A stretch of DNA of 64,000 nt from the human T2T-CHM13v2.0 reference genome, Homo sapiens: assembly GCF_009914755.1 (NCBI RefSeq), contig NC_060938.1. One strand, 5' to 3'. Positions 13,178 to 26,200 of this stretch are shown one piece after another. Numbering within the stretch: position 1 is the first letter of the stretch; every line of letters begins with the position of its first letter. Under the pieces are notes generated by a model. The model searched no databases. It was given only the letters and a program-made list of their open reading frames with translations, and had not been told where the DNA came from. The translations under genes were made by a program, and so were the position numbers.

Positions 13178-16100
13178 TTCAACTCTGTAACTTGAATGCA
13201 CATATCACAAGGAAGTTTCTGAGAATGCTTCTGTCGAGATTTTATATGAAGATATTCCCGTTTCCAACGAAATCCTGAAATCTATCCAAATATCCCCTTG
13301 CAGATTCTACAAAAAGAGTGTTTCAAAACTGCTCTGTAAAAAGAAAGGTTCAACTCTGTTAGTTGAGTACACACATCACAAACAAGTTTCACACAATGCT
13401 TCTTTCTAGCTTGTAGGGGAAGATATTCCCTTTATCACCATGGGCCTCAAACCGTCCGAAAAGTCCACTTCCATATACTACAAAAAGAGCGTTTCAAACC
13501 TGCTCTATGAAAGGCAATGTTCAACTCTGTGACTTGAATGCAGACATCACAGAGCAGTTTCTGAGAATGCTTCTGTCTAGATTTTATAGGAAGATATTCC
13601 CGTTTCCAACGAAATCTTCACAGCTATCCAAATATCCACTTGCAGATTCTACAAAAAGAGTGTATCAAAACTGCTCTGTCAAAAGGAAGGTTCTTTTCTG
13701 TTAGGTGAGTGCATACGTCATAAAGGAGTTTCTGAGAATGTTTCTGTCTAGTGGTTATGGGAAGATATTTGCTTTTTCACCGTAGGCCTCAGAGCGCTCC
13801 AAATATCCACTTGCACATACTACAAAAAGAGTGCCTCAAAGCTGCTCTCTGAAACGGAATGTTCAACTCTATGTGTTGAATGCAAACATCGCAAAGACGT
13901 TTCTGAGAATGCTTCTGTCTAGATTTGATATGAAGATATTCCCGTTTCCAACGAAATCTTCAAATCTATCCAAATGTCCACTTGCAGATTCAACAAAAAG
14001 TGTTTTTCAGAACTGCTCTATCAAAAGAAAGATCCACCTCTGTTAGCTGAGTTCACACATCACAAACAAGTTTATGAGAATGCTTCTGTCTAGTTTTTAT
14101 TTGAAGATATTTCCTTTCTCACCATAGAGCTGAAAGCTGTCCTAATGTTCACTTCCAGATACTACAGAAAGAGTGTTTCAAAACTGCTGTACGAAAGGGA
14201 ATGTTCAACTCTGTGACTTGAATGCACACATCACAAAGAAGTTTCTGAGGATGCTGCTGTCTACTTTTTATACGTAATCCCGTTTCCAACGAAATCCTCC
14301 AAGCTATCCAAATATCCACTTGCAGATTCCACAGAAAGACTGTTACAAAACTGCTCTGTCAATAGAAAGGTTCAACTCTGTTAGCTGCGTGCATATATCC
14401 CAAAGAAGATTCTGAGATTGCTTCTGTCTAGTTTTTATGGGAAGATATTTCCCTTTTCACCGTAGGTGTCAAGGCGCTCCAAATGTCCACTTCCAGATAC
14501 TACAAAAAGAGTGTTTCAAACCTACTCTGTGAAAGGGAATATTCAACTCTGTGACCTGAATGCACATATCACAAAGAAGTTTCTGAGAATGCTTCTGTCG
14601 AGATTTTATATGAAGATATTCCCGTTTCCAACGAAATGCTGAAATCTATCCAAATATCCCCTCGCAGATTCTACAAAAAGAGTGTTTCAAAACTGCTCTG
14701 TGAAAAGAAAGGTTCAACTCTGTTAGTTGAGTACACACATCACAAACAAGTTTCACAGAATGCTTCTTTCTAGCTTGTAGGGGAAGATATTCCCTTTATC
14801 ACCATGGGCCTCCAACCGTCCGAAACATCCACTTCCATATACTACAAAAAGAGCGTTTCAAACCTGCTCTATGAAAGTCAATGTTCAACTCTGTGACTTG
14901 AATGCAGACATCACAGAGCAGTTTCTGAGAATGCTTCTGTCTAGATTTTATAGGAAGATATTCCCGTTTCCAACGAAATCTTCACAGCTATCCAAATATC
15001 CACTTGCAGATTCTACAAAAAGAGTGTATCAAAACTGCTCTGTCAAAAGGAAGGTTCTTTTCTGTTAGGTGAGTGCATACGTCATAAAGGAGTTTCTGAG
15101 AATGTTTCTGTCTAGTGGTTATGGGAAGATATTTGCTTTTTCACCGTAGGCCTCAGAGCGCTCCAAATATCCACTTGCACATACTACAAAAAGAGTGCTT
15201 CAAAGCTGCTCTCTGAAACGGAATGTTCAACTCTATGAGTTGAATGCAAACATCACAAAGACGTTTCTGAGAATGCTTCTGTCTAGATTTGATATGAAGA
15301 TATTCCCGTTTCCAACGAAATCTTCAAATCTATCCAAATGTCCACTTGCAGATTCAACAAAAAGTGTTTTTCAGAACTGCTCTATCAAAAGAAAGATCCA
15401 CCTCTGTTAGCTGAGTTCACACCTCACAAACAACTTTATGAGAATGCTTCTGTCTAGTTTTTATTTGAAGATATTTCCTTTCTCACCATAGAGCTGAAAG
15501 CTGTCCTAATGTTCACTTCCAGATACTACAGAAAGAGTGTTTCAAAACTGCTGTACGAAAGGGAATGTTCAACTCTGTGACTTGAATGCACACATCACAA
15601 AGAAGTTTCTGAGGATGCTGCTGTCTACTTTTTATACGTAATCCCGTTTCCAACGAAATCCTCCAAGCTATCCAAATATCCACTTGCAGATTCCACAGAA
15701 AGACTGTTTCAAAACTGCTCTGTCAATAGAAAGGTTCAACTCTGTTAGCTGCATGCATATATCCCAAAGAAGATTCTGAGATTGCTTCTGTCTAGTTTTT
15801 ATGGGAAGATATTTCCCTTTTCACCGTAGGCGTCAAGGCGCTCCAAATGTCCACTTCCAGATACTACAAAAAGAGTGTTTCAAACCTACTCTGTGAAAGG
15901 GAATATTCAACTCTGTGACTTGAATGCACATATCACAAGGAAGTTTCTGAGAATGCTTCTGTCGAGATTTTATATGAAGATATTCCCGTTTCCAACGAAA
16001 TCCTGAAATCTATCCAAATATCCCCTTGCAGATTCTACAAAAAGAGTGTTTCAAAACTGCTCTGTAAAAAGAAAGGTTCAACTCTGTTAGTTGAGTACAC

Positions 16101-19100
16101 ACATCACAAACAAGTTTCACACAATGCTTCTTTCTAGCTTGTAGGGGAAGATATTCCCTTTATCACCATGGGCCTCAAACCGTCCGATAAGTCCACTTCC
16201 ATATACTACAAAAAGAGCGTTTCAAACCTGCTCTATGAAAGGCAATGTTCAACTCTGTGACTTGAATGCAGACATCACAGAGCAGTTTCTGAGAATGCTT
16301 CTGTCTAGATTTTATAGGAAGATATTCCCGTTTCCAACGAAATCTTCACAGCTATCCAAATATCCACTTGCAGATTCTACAAAAAGAGTGTATCAAAACT
16401 GCTCTGTCAAAAGGAAGGTTCTTTTCTGTTAGGTGAGTGCATACGTCATAAAGGAGTTTCTGAGAATGTTTCTGTCTAGTGGTTATGGGAAGATATTTGC
16501 TTTTTCACCGTAGGCCTCAGAGCGCTCCAAATATCCACTTGCACATACTACAAAAAGAGTGCCTCAAAGCTGCTCTCTGAAAGGGAATGTTCAACTCTAT
16601 GAGTTGAATGCAAACATCGCAAAGACGTTTCTGAGAATGCTTCTGTCTAGATTTGATATGAAGATATTCCCGTTTCCAACGAAATCTTCAAATCTATCCA
16701 AATGTCCACTTGCAGATTCAACAAAAAGTGTTTTTCAGAACTGCTCTATCAAAAGAAAGATCCACCTCTGTTAGCTGAGTTCACACATCACAAACAAGTT
16801 TATGAGAATGCTTCTGTCTAGTTTTTATTTGAAGATATTTCCTTTCTCACCATAGAGCTGAAAGCTGTCCTAATGTTCACTTCCAGATACTACAGAAAGA
16901 GTGTTTCAAAACTGCTGTACGAAAGGGAATGTTCAACTCTGTGACTTGAATGCACACATCACAAAGAAGTTTCTGAGGATGCTGCTGTCTACTTTTTATA
17001 CGTAATCCCGCTTCCAACGAAATCCTCCAAGCTATCCAAATATCCACTTGCAGATTCCACAGAAAGACTGTTTCAAAACTGCTCTGTCAATAGAAAGGTT
17101 CAACTCTGCTAGCTGCGTGCATATATCCCAAAGAAGATTCTGAGATTGCTTCTGTCTAGTTTTTATGGGAAGATATTTCCCTTTTCACCGTAGGTGTCAA
17201 GGCGCTCCAAATGTCCACTTCCAGATACTACAAAAAGAGTGTTTCAAACCTACTCTGTGAAAGGGAATATTCAACTCTGTGACTTGAATGCACATATCAC
17301 AAAGAAGTTTCTGAGAATGCTTCTGTCGAGATTTTATATGAAGATATTCCCGTTTCCAACGAAATGCTGAAATCTATCCAAATATCCCCTCGCAGATTCT
17401 ACAAAAAGAGTGTTTCAAAACTGCTCTGTGAAAAGAAAGGTTCAACTCTGTTAGTTGAGTACACACATCACAAACAAGTTTCACAGAATGCTTCTTTCTA
17501 GCTTGTAGGGGAAGATATTCCCTTTATCACCATGGGCCTCCAACCGTCCGAAACATCCACTTCCATATACTACAAAAAGAGCGTTTCAAACCTGCTCTAT
17601 GAAAGGCAATGTTCAACTCTGTGACTTGAATGCAGACATCACAGAGCAGTTTCTGAGAATGCTTCTGTCTAGATTTTATAGGAAGATATTCCCGTTTCCA
17701 ACGAAATCTTCACAGCTATCCAAATATCCACTTGCAGATTCTACAAAAAGAGTGTATCAAAACTGCTCTGTCAAAAGGAAGGTTCTTTTCTGTTAGGTGA
17801 GTGCATACGTCATAAAGGAGTTTCTGAGAATGTTTCTGTCTAGTGGTTATGGGAAGATATTTGCTTTTTCACCGTAGGCCTCAGAGCGCTCCAAATATCC
17901 ACTTGCACATACTACAAAAAGAGTGCCTCAAAGCTGCTCTCTGAAACGGAATGTTCAACTCTATGAGTTGAATGCAAACATCGCAAAGACGTTTCTGAGA
18001 ATGCTTCTGTCTAGATTTGATATGAAGATATTCCCGTTTCCAACGAAATCTTCAAATCTATCCAAATGTCCACTTGCAGATTCAACAAAAAGTGTTTTTC
18101 AGAACTGCTCTATCAAAAGAAAGATCCACCTCTGTTAGCTGAGTTCACACATCACAAACAAGTTTATGAGAATGCTTCTGTCTAGTTTTTATTTGAAGAT
18201 ATTTCCTTTCTCACCATAGAGCTGAAAGCTGTCCTAATGTTCACTTCCAGATACTACAGAAAGAGTGTTTCAAAACTGCTGTACGAAAGGGAATGTTCAA
18301 CTCTGTGACTTGAATGCACACATCACAAAGAAGTTTCTGAGGATGCTGCTGTCTACTTTTTATACGTAATCCCGTTTCCAACGAAATCCTCCAAGCTATC
18401 CAAATATCCACTTGCAGATTCCAGAGAAAGACTGTTTCAAAACTGCTCTGTCAATAGAAAGGTTCAACTCTGTTAGCTGCGTGCATACATCCCAAAGAAG
18501 ATTCTGAGATTGCTTCTGTCTAGTTTTTATGGGAAGATATTTCCCTTTTCACCGTAGGCGTCAAGGCGCTCCAAATGTCCACTTCCAGATACTACAAAAA
18601 GAGTGTTTCAAACCTACTCTGTGAAAGGGAATATTCAACTCTGTGACTTGAATGCACATATCACAAGGAAGTTTCTGAGAATGCTTCTGTCGAGATTTTA
18701 TATGAAGATATTCCCGTTTCCAACGAAATCCTGAAATCTATCCAAATATCCCCTTGCAGATTCTACAAAAAGAGTGTTTCAAAACTGCTCTGTGAAAAGA
18801 AAGGTTCAACTCTGTTAGTTGAGTACACACATCACAAACAAGTTTCACACAATGCTTCTTTCTAGCTTGTAGGGGAAGATATTCCCTTTATCACCATGGG
18901 CCTCAAACCGTCCGAAAAGTCCACTTCCATATACTACAAAAAGAGCGTTTCAAACCTGCTCTATGAAAGGCAATGTTCAACTCTGTGACTTGAATGCAGA
19001 CATCACAGAGCAGTTTCTGAGAATGCTTCTGTCTAGATTTTATAGGAAGATATTCCCGTTTCCAACGAAATCTTCACAGCTATCCAAATATCCACTTGCA

Positions 19101-20299
19101 GATTCTACAAAAAGAGTGTATCAAAACTGCTCTGTCAAAAGGAAGGTTCTTTTCTGTTAGGTGAGTGCATACGTCATAAAGGAGTTTCTGAGAATGTTTC
19201 TGTCTAGTGGTTATGGGAAGATATTTGCTTTTTCACCGTAGGCCTCAGAGCGCTCCAAATATCCACTTGCACATACTACAAAAAGAGTGCCTCAAAGCTG
19301 CTCTCTGAAACGGAATGTTCAACTCTATGAGTTGAATGCAAACATCGCAAAGACGTTTCTGAGAATGCTTCTGTCTAGATTTGATATGAAGATATTCCCG
19401 TTTCCAACGAAATCTTCAAATCTATCCAAATGTCCACTTGCAGATTCAACAAAAAGTGTTTTTCAGAACTGCTCTATCAAAAGAAAGATCCACCTCTGTT
19501 AGCTGAGTTCACACATCACAAACAAGTTTATGAGAATGCTTCTGTCTAGTTTTTATTTGAAGATATTTCCTTTCTCACCATAGAGCTGAAAGCTGTCCTA
19601 ATGTTCACTTCCAGATACTACAGAAAGAGTGTTTCAAAACTGCTGTACGAAAGGGAATGTTCAACTCTGTGACTTGAATGCACACATCACAAAGAAGTTT
19701 CTGAGGATGCTGCTGTCTACTTTTTATACGTAATCCCGTTTCCAACGAAATCCTCCAAGCTATCCAAATATCCACTTGCAGATTCCACAGAAAGACTGTT
19801 TCAAAACTGCTCTGTCAATAGAAAGGTTCAACTCTGTTAGCTGCGTGCATATATCCCAAAGAAGATTCTGAGATTGCTTCTGTCTAGTTTTTATGGGAAG
19901 ATATTTCCCTTTTCACCGTAGGTGTCAAGGCGCTCCAAATGTCCACTTCCAGATACTACAAAAAGAGTGTTTCAAACCTACTCTGTGAAAGGGAATATTC
20001 AACTCTGTGACTTGAATGCACATATCACAAAGAAGTTTCTGAGAATGCTTCTGTCGAGATTTTATATGAAGATATTCCCGTTTCCAACGAAATGCTGAAA
20101 TCTATCCAAATATCCCCTCGCAGATTCTACAAAAAGAGTGTTTCAAAACTGCTCTGTGAAAAGAAAGGTTCAACTCTGTTAGTTGAGTACACACATCACA
20201 AACAAGTTTCACAGAATGCTTCTTTCTAGCTTGTAGGGGAAGATATTCCCTTTATCACCATGGGCCTCCAACCGACCGAAACATCCACTTCCATATACT

Positions 20300-23200
20300 A
20301 CAAAAAGAGCGTTTCAAACCTGCTCTATGAAAGGCAATGTTCAACTCTGTGACTTGAATGCAGACATCACAGAGCAGTTTCTGAGAATGCTTCTGTCTAG
20401 ATTTTATAGGAAGATATTCCCGTTTCCAACGAAATCTTCACAGCTATCCAAATATCCACTTGCAGATTCTACAAAAAGAGTGTATCAAAACTGCTCTGTC
20501 AAAAGGAAGGTTCTTTTCTGTTAGGTGAGTGCATACGTCATAAAGGAGTTTCTGAGAATGTTTCTGTCTAGTGGTTATGGGAAGATATTTGCTTTTTCAC
20601 CGTAGGCCTCAGAGCGCTCCAAATATCCACTTGCACATACTACAAAAAGAGTGCCTCAAAGCTGCTCTCTGAAACGGAATGTTCAACTCTATGAGTTGAA
20701 TGCAAACATCGCAAAGACGTTTCTGAGAATGCTTCTGTCTAGATTTGATATGAAGATATTCCCGTTTCCAACGAAATCTTCAAATCTATCCAAATGTCCA
20801 CTTGCAGATTCAACAAAAAGTGTTTTTCAGAACTGCTCTATCAAAACAAAGATCCACCTCTGTTAGCTGAGTTCACACATCACAAACAACTTTATGAGAA
20901 TGCTTCTGTCTAGTTTTTATTTGAAGATATTTCCTTTCTCACCATAGAGCTGAAAGCTGTCCTAATGTTCACTTCCAGATACTACAGAAAGAGTGTTTCA
21001 AAACTGCTGTACGAAAGGGAATGTTCAACTCTGTGACTTGAATGCACACATCACAAAGAAGTTTCTGAGGATGCTGCTGTCTACTTTTTATACGTAATCC
21101 CGTTTCCAACGAAATCCTCCAAGCTATCCAAATATCCACTTGCAGATTCCACAGAAAGACTGTTTCAAAACTGCTCTGTCAATAGAAAGGTTCAACTCTG
21201 TTAGCTGCGTGCATACATCCCAAAGAAGATTCTGAGATTGCTTCTGTCTAGTTTTTATGGGAAGATATTTCCCTTTTCACCGTAGGCGTCAAGGCGCTCC
21301 AAATGTCCACTTCCAGATACTACAAAAAGAGTGTTTCAAACCTACTCTGTGAAAGGGAATATTCAACTCTGTGACTTGAATGCACATATCACAAGGAAGT
21401 TTCTGAGAATGCTTCTGTCGAGATTTTATATGAAGATATTCCCGTTTCCAACGAAATCCTGAAATCTATCCAAATATCCCCTTGCAGATTCTACAAAAAG
21501 AGTGTTTCAAAACTGCTCTGTGAAAAGAAAGGTTCAACTCTGTTAGTTGAGTACACACATCACAAACAAGTTTCACACAATGCTTCTTTCTAGCTTGTAG
21601 GGGAAGATATTCCCTTTATCACCATGGGCCTCAAACCGTCCGAAAAGTCCACTTCCATATACTACAAAAAGAGCGTTTCAAACCTGCTCTATGAAAGGCA
21701 ATGTTCAACTCTGTGACTTGAATGCAGACATCACAGAGCAGTTTCTGAGAATGCTTCTGTCTAGATTTTATAGGAAGATATTCCCGTTTCCAACGAAATC
21801 TTCACAGCTATCCAAATATCCACTTGCAGATTCTACAAAAAGAGTGTATCAAAACTGCTCTGTCAAAAGGAAGGTTCTTCTCTGTTAGGTGAGTGCATAC
21901 GTCATAAAGGAGTTTCTGAGAATGTTTCTGTCTAGTGGTTATGGGAAGATATTTGCTTTTTCACCGTAGGCCTCAGAGCGCTCCAAATATCCACTTGCAC
22001 ATACTACAAAAAGAGTGCCTCAAAGCTGCTCTCTGAAACGGAATGTTCAACTCTATGAGTTGAATGCAAACATCGCAAAGACGTTTCTGAGAATGCTTCT
22101 GTCTAGATTTGATATGAAGATATTCCCGTTTCCAACGAAATCTTCAAATCTATCCAAATGTCCACTTGCAGATTCAACAAAAAGTGTTTTTCAGAACTGC
22201 TCTATCAAAAGAAAGATCCACCTCTGTTAGCTGAGTTCACACATCACAAACAAGTTTATGAGAATGCTTCTGTCTAGTTTTTATTTGAAGATATTTCCTT
22301 TCTCACCATAGAGCTGAAAGCTGTCCTAATGTTCACTTCCAGATACTACAGAAAGAGTGTTTCAAAACTGCTGTACGAAAGGGAATGTTCAACTCTGTGA
22401 CTTGAATGCACACATCACAAAGAAGTTTCTGAGGATGCTGCTGTCTACTTTTTATACGTAATCCCGTTTCCAACGAAATCCTCCAAGCTATCCAAATATC
22501 CACTTGCAGATTCCACAGAAAGACTGTTTCAAAACTGCTCTGTCAATAGAAAGGTTCAACTCTGTTAGCTGCGTGCATATATCCCAAAGAAGATTCTGAG
22601 ATTGCTTCTGTCTAGTTTTTATGGGAAGATATTTCCCTTTTCACCGTAGGCGTCAAGGCGCTCCAAATGTCCACTTCCAGATACTACAAAAAGAGTGTTT
22701 CAAACCTACTCTGTGAAAGGGAATATTCAACTCTGTGACTTGAATGCACATATCACAAAGAAGTTTCTGAGAATGCTTCTGTCGAGATTTTATATGAAGA
22801 TATTCCCGTTTCCAACGAAATGCTGAAATCTATCCAAATATCCCCTCGCAGATTCTACAAAAAGAGTGTTTCAAAACTGCTCTGTGAAAAGAAAGGTTCA
22901 ACTCTGTTAGTTGAGTACACACATCACAAACAAGTTTCACAGAATGCTTCTTTCTAGCTTGTAGGGGAAGATATTCCCTTTATCACCATGGGCCTCCAAC
23001 CGTCCGAAACATCCACTTCCATATACTACAAAAAGAGCGTTTCAAACCTGCTCTATGAAAGGCAATGTTCAACTCTGTGACTTGAATGCAGACATCACAG
23101 AGCAGTTTCTGAGAATGCTTCTGTCTAGATTTTATAGGAAGATATTCCCGTTTCCAACGAAATCTTCACAGCTATCCAAATATCCACTTGCAGATTCTAC

Positions 23201-26200
23201 CAAAAGAGTGTATGAAAACTGCTCTGTCAAAAGAAAGGTTCTTCTCTGTTAGGTGAGTGCATACGTCATAAAGGAGTTTCTGAGAATGTTTCTGTCTAGT
23301 GGTTATGGGAAGATATTTGCTTTTTCACCGTAGGCCTCAGAGCGCTCCAAATATCCACTTGCACATACTACAAAAAGAGTGCCTCAAAGCTGCTCTCTGA
23401 AACGGAATGTTCAACTCTATGAGTTGAATGCAAACATCGCAAAGACGTTTCTGAGAATGCTTCTGTCTAGATTTGATATGAAGATATTCCCGTTTCCAAC
23501 GAAATCTTCAAATCTATCCAAATGTCCACTTGCAGATTCAACAAAAAGTGTTTTTCAGAACTGCTCTATCAAAAGAAAGATCCACCTCTGTTAGCTGAGT
23601 TCACACCTCACAAACAAGTTTATGAGAATGCTTCTGTCTAGTTTTTATTTGAAGATATTTCCTTTCTCACCATAGAGCTGAAAGCTGTCCTAATGTTCAC
23701 TTCCAGATACTACAGAAAGAGTGTTTCAAAACTGCTGTACGAAAGGGAATGTTCAACTCTGTGACTTGAATGCACACATCACAAAGAAGTTTCTGAGGAT
23801 GCTGCTGTCTACTTTTTATACGTAATCCCGTTTCCAACGAAATCCTCCAAGCTATCCAAATATCCACTTGCAGATTCCACAGAAAGACTGTTTCAAAACT
23901 GCTCTGTCAATAGAAAGGTTCAACTCTGTTAGCTGCATGCATACATCCCAAAGAAGATTCTGAGATTGCTTCTGTCTAGTTTTTATGGGAAGATATTTCC
24001 CTTTTCACCGTAGGCGTCAAGGCGCTCCAAATGTCCACTTCCAGATACTACAAAAAGAGTGTTTCAAACCTACTCTGTGAAAGGGAATATTCAACTCTGT
24101 GACTTGAATGCACATATCACAAGGAAGTTTCTGAGAATGCTTCTGTCGAGATTTTATATGAAGATATTCCCGTTTCCAACGAAATCCTGAAATCTATCCA
24201 AATATCCCCTTGCAGATTCTACAAAAAGAGTGTTTCAAAACTGCTCTGTAAAAAGAAAGGTTCAACTCTGTTAGTTGAGTACACACATCACAAACAAGTT
24301 TCACACAATGCTTCTTTCTAGCTTGTAGGGGAAGATATTCCCTTTATCACCATGGGCCTCAAACCGTCCGATAAGTCCACTTCCATATACTACAAAAAGA
24401 GCGTTTCAAACCTGCTCTATGAAAGGCAATGTTCAACTCTGTGACTTGAATGCAGACATCACAGAGCAGTTTCTGAGAATGCTTCTGTCTAGATTTTATA
24501 GGAAGATATTCCCGTTTCCAACGAAATCTTCACAGCTATCCAAATATCCACTTGCAGATTCTACAAAAAGAGTGTATCAAAACTGCTCTGTCAAAAGGAA
24601 GGTTCTTTTCTGTTAGGTGAGTGCATACGTCATAAAGGAGTTTCTGAGAATGTTTCTGTCTAGTGGTTATGGGAAGATATTTGCTTTTTCACCGTAGGCC
24701 TCAGAGCGCTCCAAATATCCACTTGCACATACTACGAAAAGAGTGCCTCAAAGCTGCTCTCTGAAACGGAATGTTCAACTCTATGAGTTGAATGCAAACA
24801 TCGCAAAGACGTTTCTGAGAATGCTTCTGTCTAGATTTGATATGAAGATATTCCCGTTTCCAACGAAATCTTCAAATCTATCCAAATGTCCACTTGCAGA
24901 TTCAACAAAAAGTGTTTTTCAGAACTGCTCTATCAAAAGAAAGATCCACCTCTGTTAGCTGAGTTCACACATCACAAACAACTTTATGAGAATGCTTCTG
25001 TCTAGTTTTTATTTGAAGATATTTCCTTTCTCACCATAGAGCTGAAAGCTGTCCTAATGTTCACTTCCAGATACTACAGAAAGAGTGTTTCAAAACTGCT
25101 GTACGAAAGGGAATGTTCAACTCTGTGACTTGAATGCACACATCACAAAGAAGTTTCTGAGGATGCTGCTGTCTACTTTTTATACGTAATCCCGTTTCCA
25201 ACGAAATCCTCCAAGCTATCCAAATATCCACTTGCAGATTCCACAGAAAGACTGTTTCAAAACTGCTCTGTCAATAGAAAGGTTCAACTCTGTTAGCTGC
25301 GTGCATACATCCCAAAGAAGATTCTGAGATTGCTTCTGTCTAGTTTTTATGGGAAGATATTTCCCTTTTCACCGTAGGCGTCAAGGCGCTCCAAATGTCC
25401 ACTTCCAGATACTACAAAAAGAGTGTTTCAAACCTACTCTGTGAAAGGGAATATTCAACTCTGTGACTTGAATGCACATATCACAAGGAAGTTTCTGAGA
25501 ATGCTTCTGTCGAGATTTTATATGAAGATATTCCCGTTTCCAACGAAATCCTGAAATCTATCCAAATATCCCCTTGCAGATTCTACAAAAAGAGTGTTTC
25601 AAAACTGCTCTGTGAAAAGAAAGGTTCAACTCTGTTAGTTGAGTACACACATCACAAACAAGTTTCACACAATGCTTCTTTCTAGCTTGTAGGGGAAGAT
25701 ATTCCCTTTATCACCATGGGCCTCAAACCGTCCGAAAAGTCCACTTCCATATACTACAAAAAGAGCGTTTCAAACCTGCTCTATGAAAGGCAATGTTCAA
25801 CTCTGTGACTTGAATGCAGACATCACAGAGCAGTTTCTGAGAATGCTTCTGTCTAGATTTTATAGGAAGATATTCCCGTTTCCAACGAAATCTTCACAGC
25901 TATCCAAATATCCACTTGCAGATTCTACAAAAAGAGTGTATCAAAACTGCTCTGTCAAAAGGAAGGTTCTTTTCTGTTAGGTGAGTGCATACGTCATAAA
26001 GGAGTTTCTGAGAATGTTTCTGTCTAGTGGTTATGGGAAGATATTTGCTTTTTCACCGTAGGCCTCAGAGCGCTCCAAATATCCACTTGCACATACTACA
26101 AAAAGAGTGCCTCAAAGCTGCTCTCTGAAACGGAATGTTCAACTCTATGAGTTGAATGCAAACATCGCAAAGACGTTTCTGAGAATGCTTCTGTCTAGAT

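Noticed and set aside
6011-13507. 10-mers 1 and 2 as a simple 5794-bp tandem block duplication
   Set aside because: Flanking units do not share private alleles at that offset, and 10-mer 2 lacks the 6959 SNV, so a clean recent duplication is not supported.
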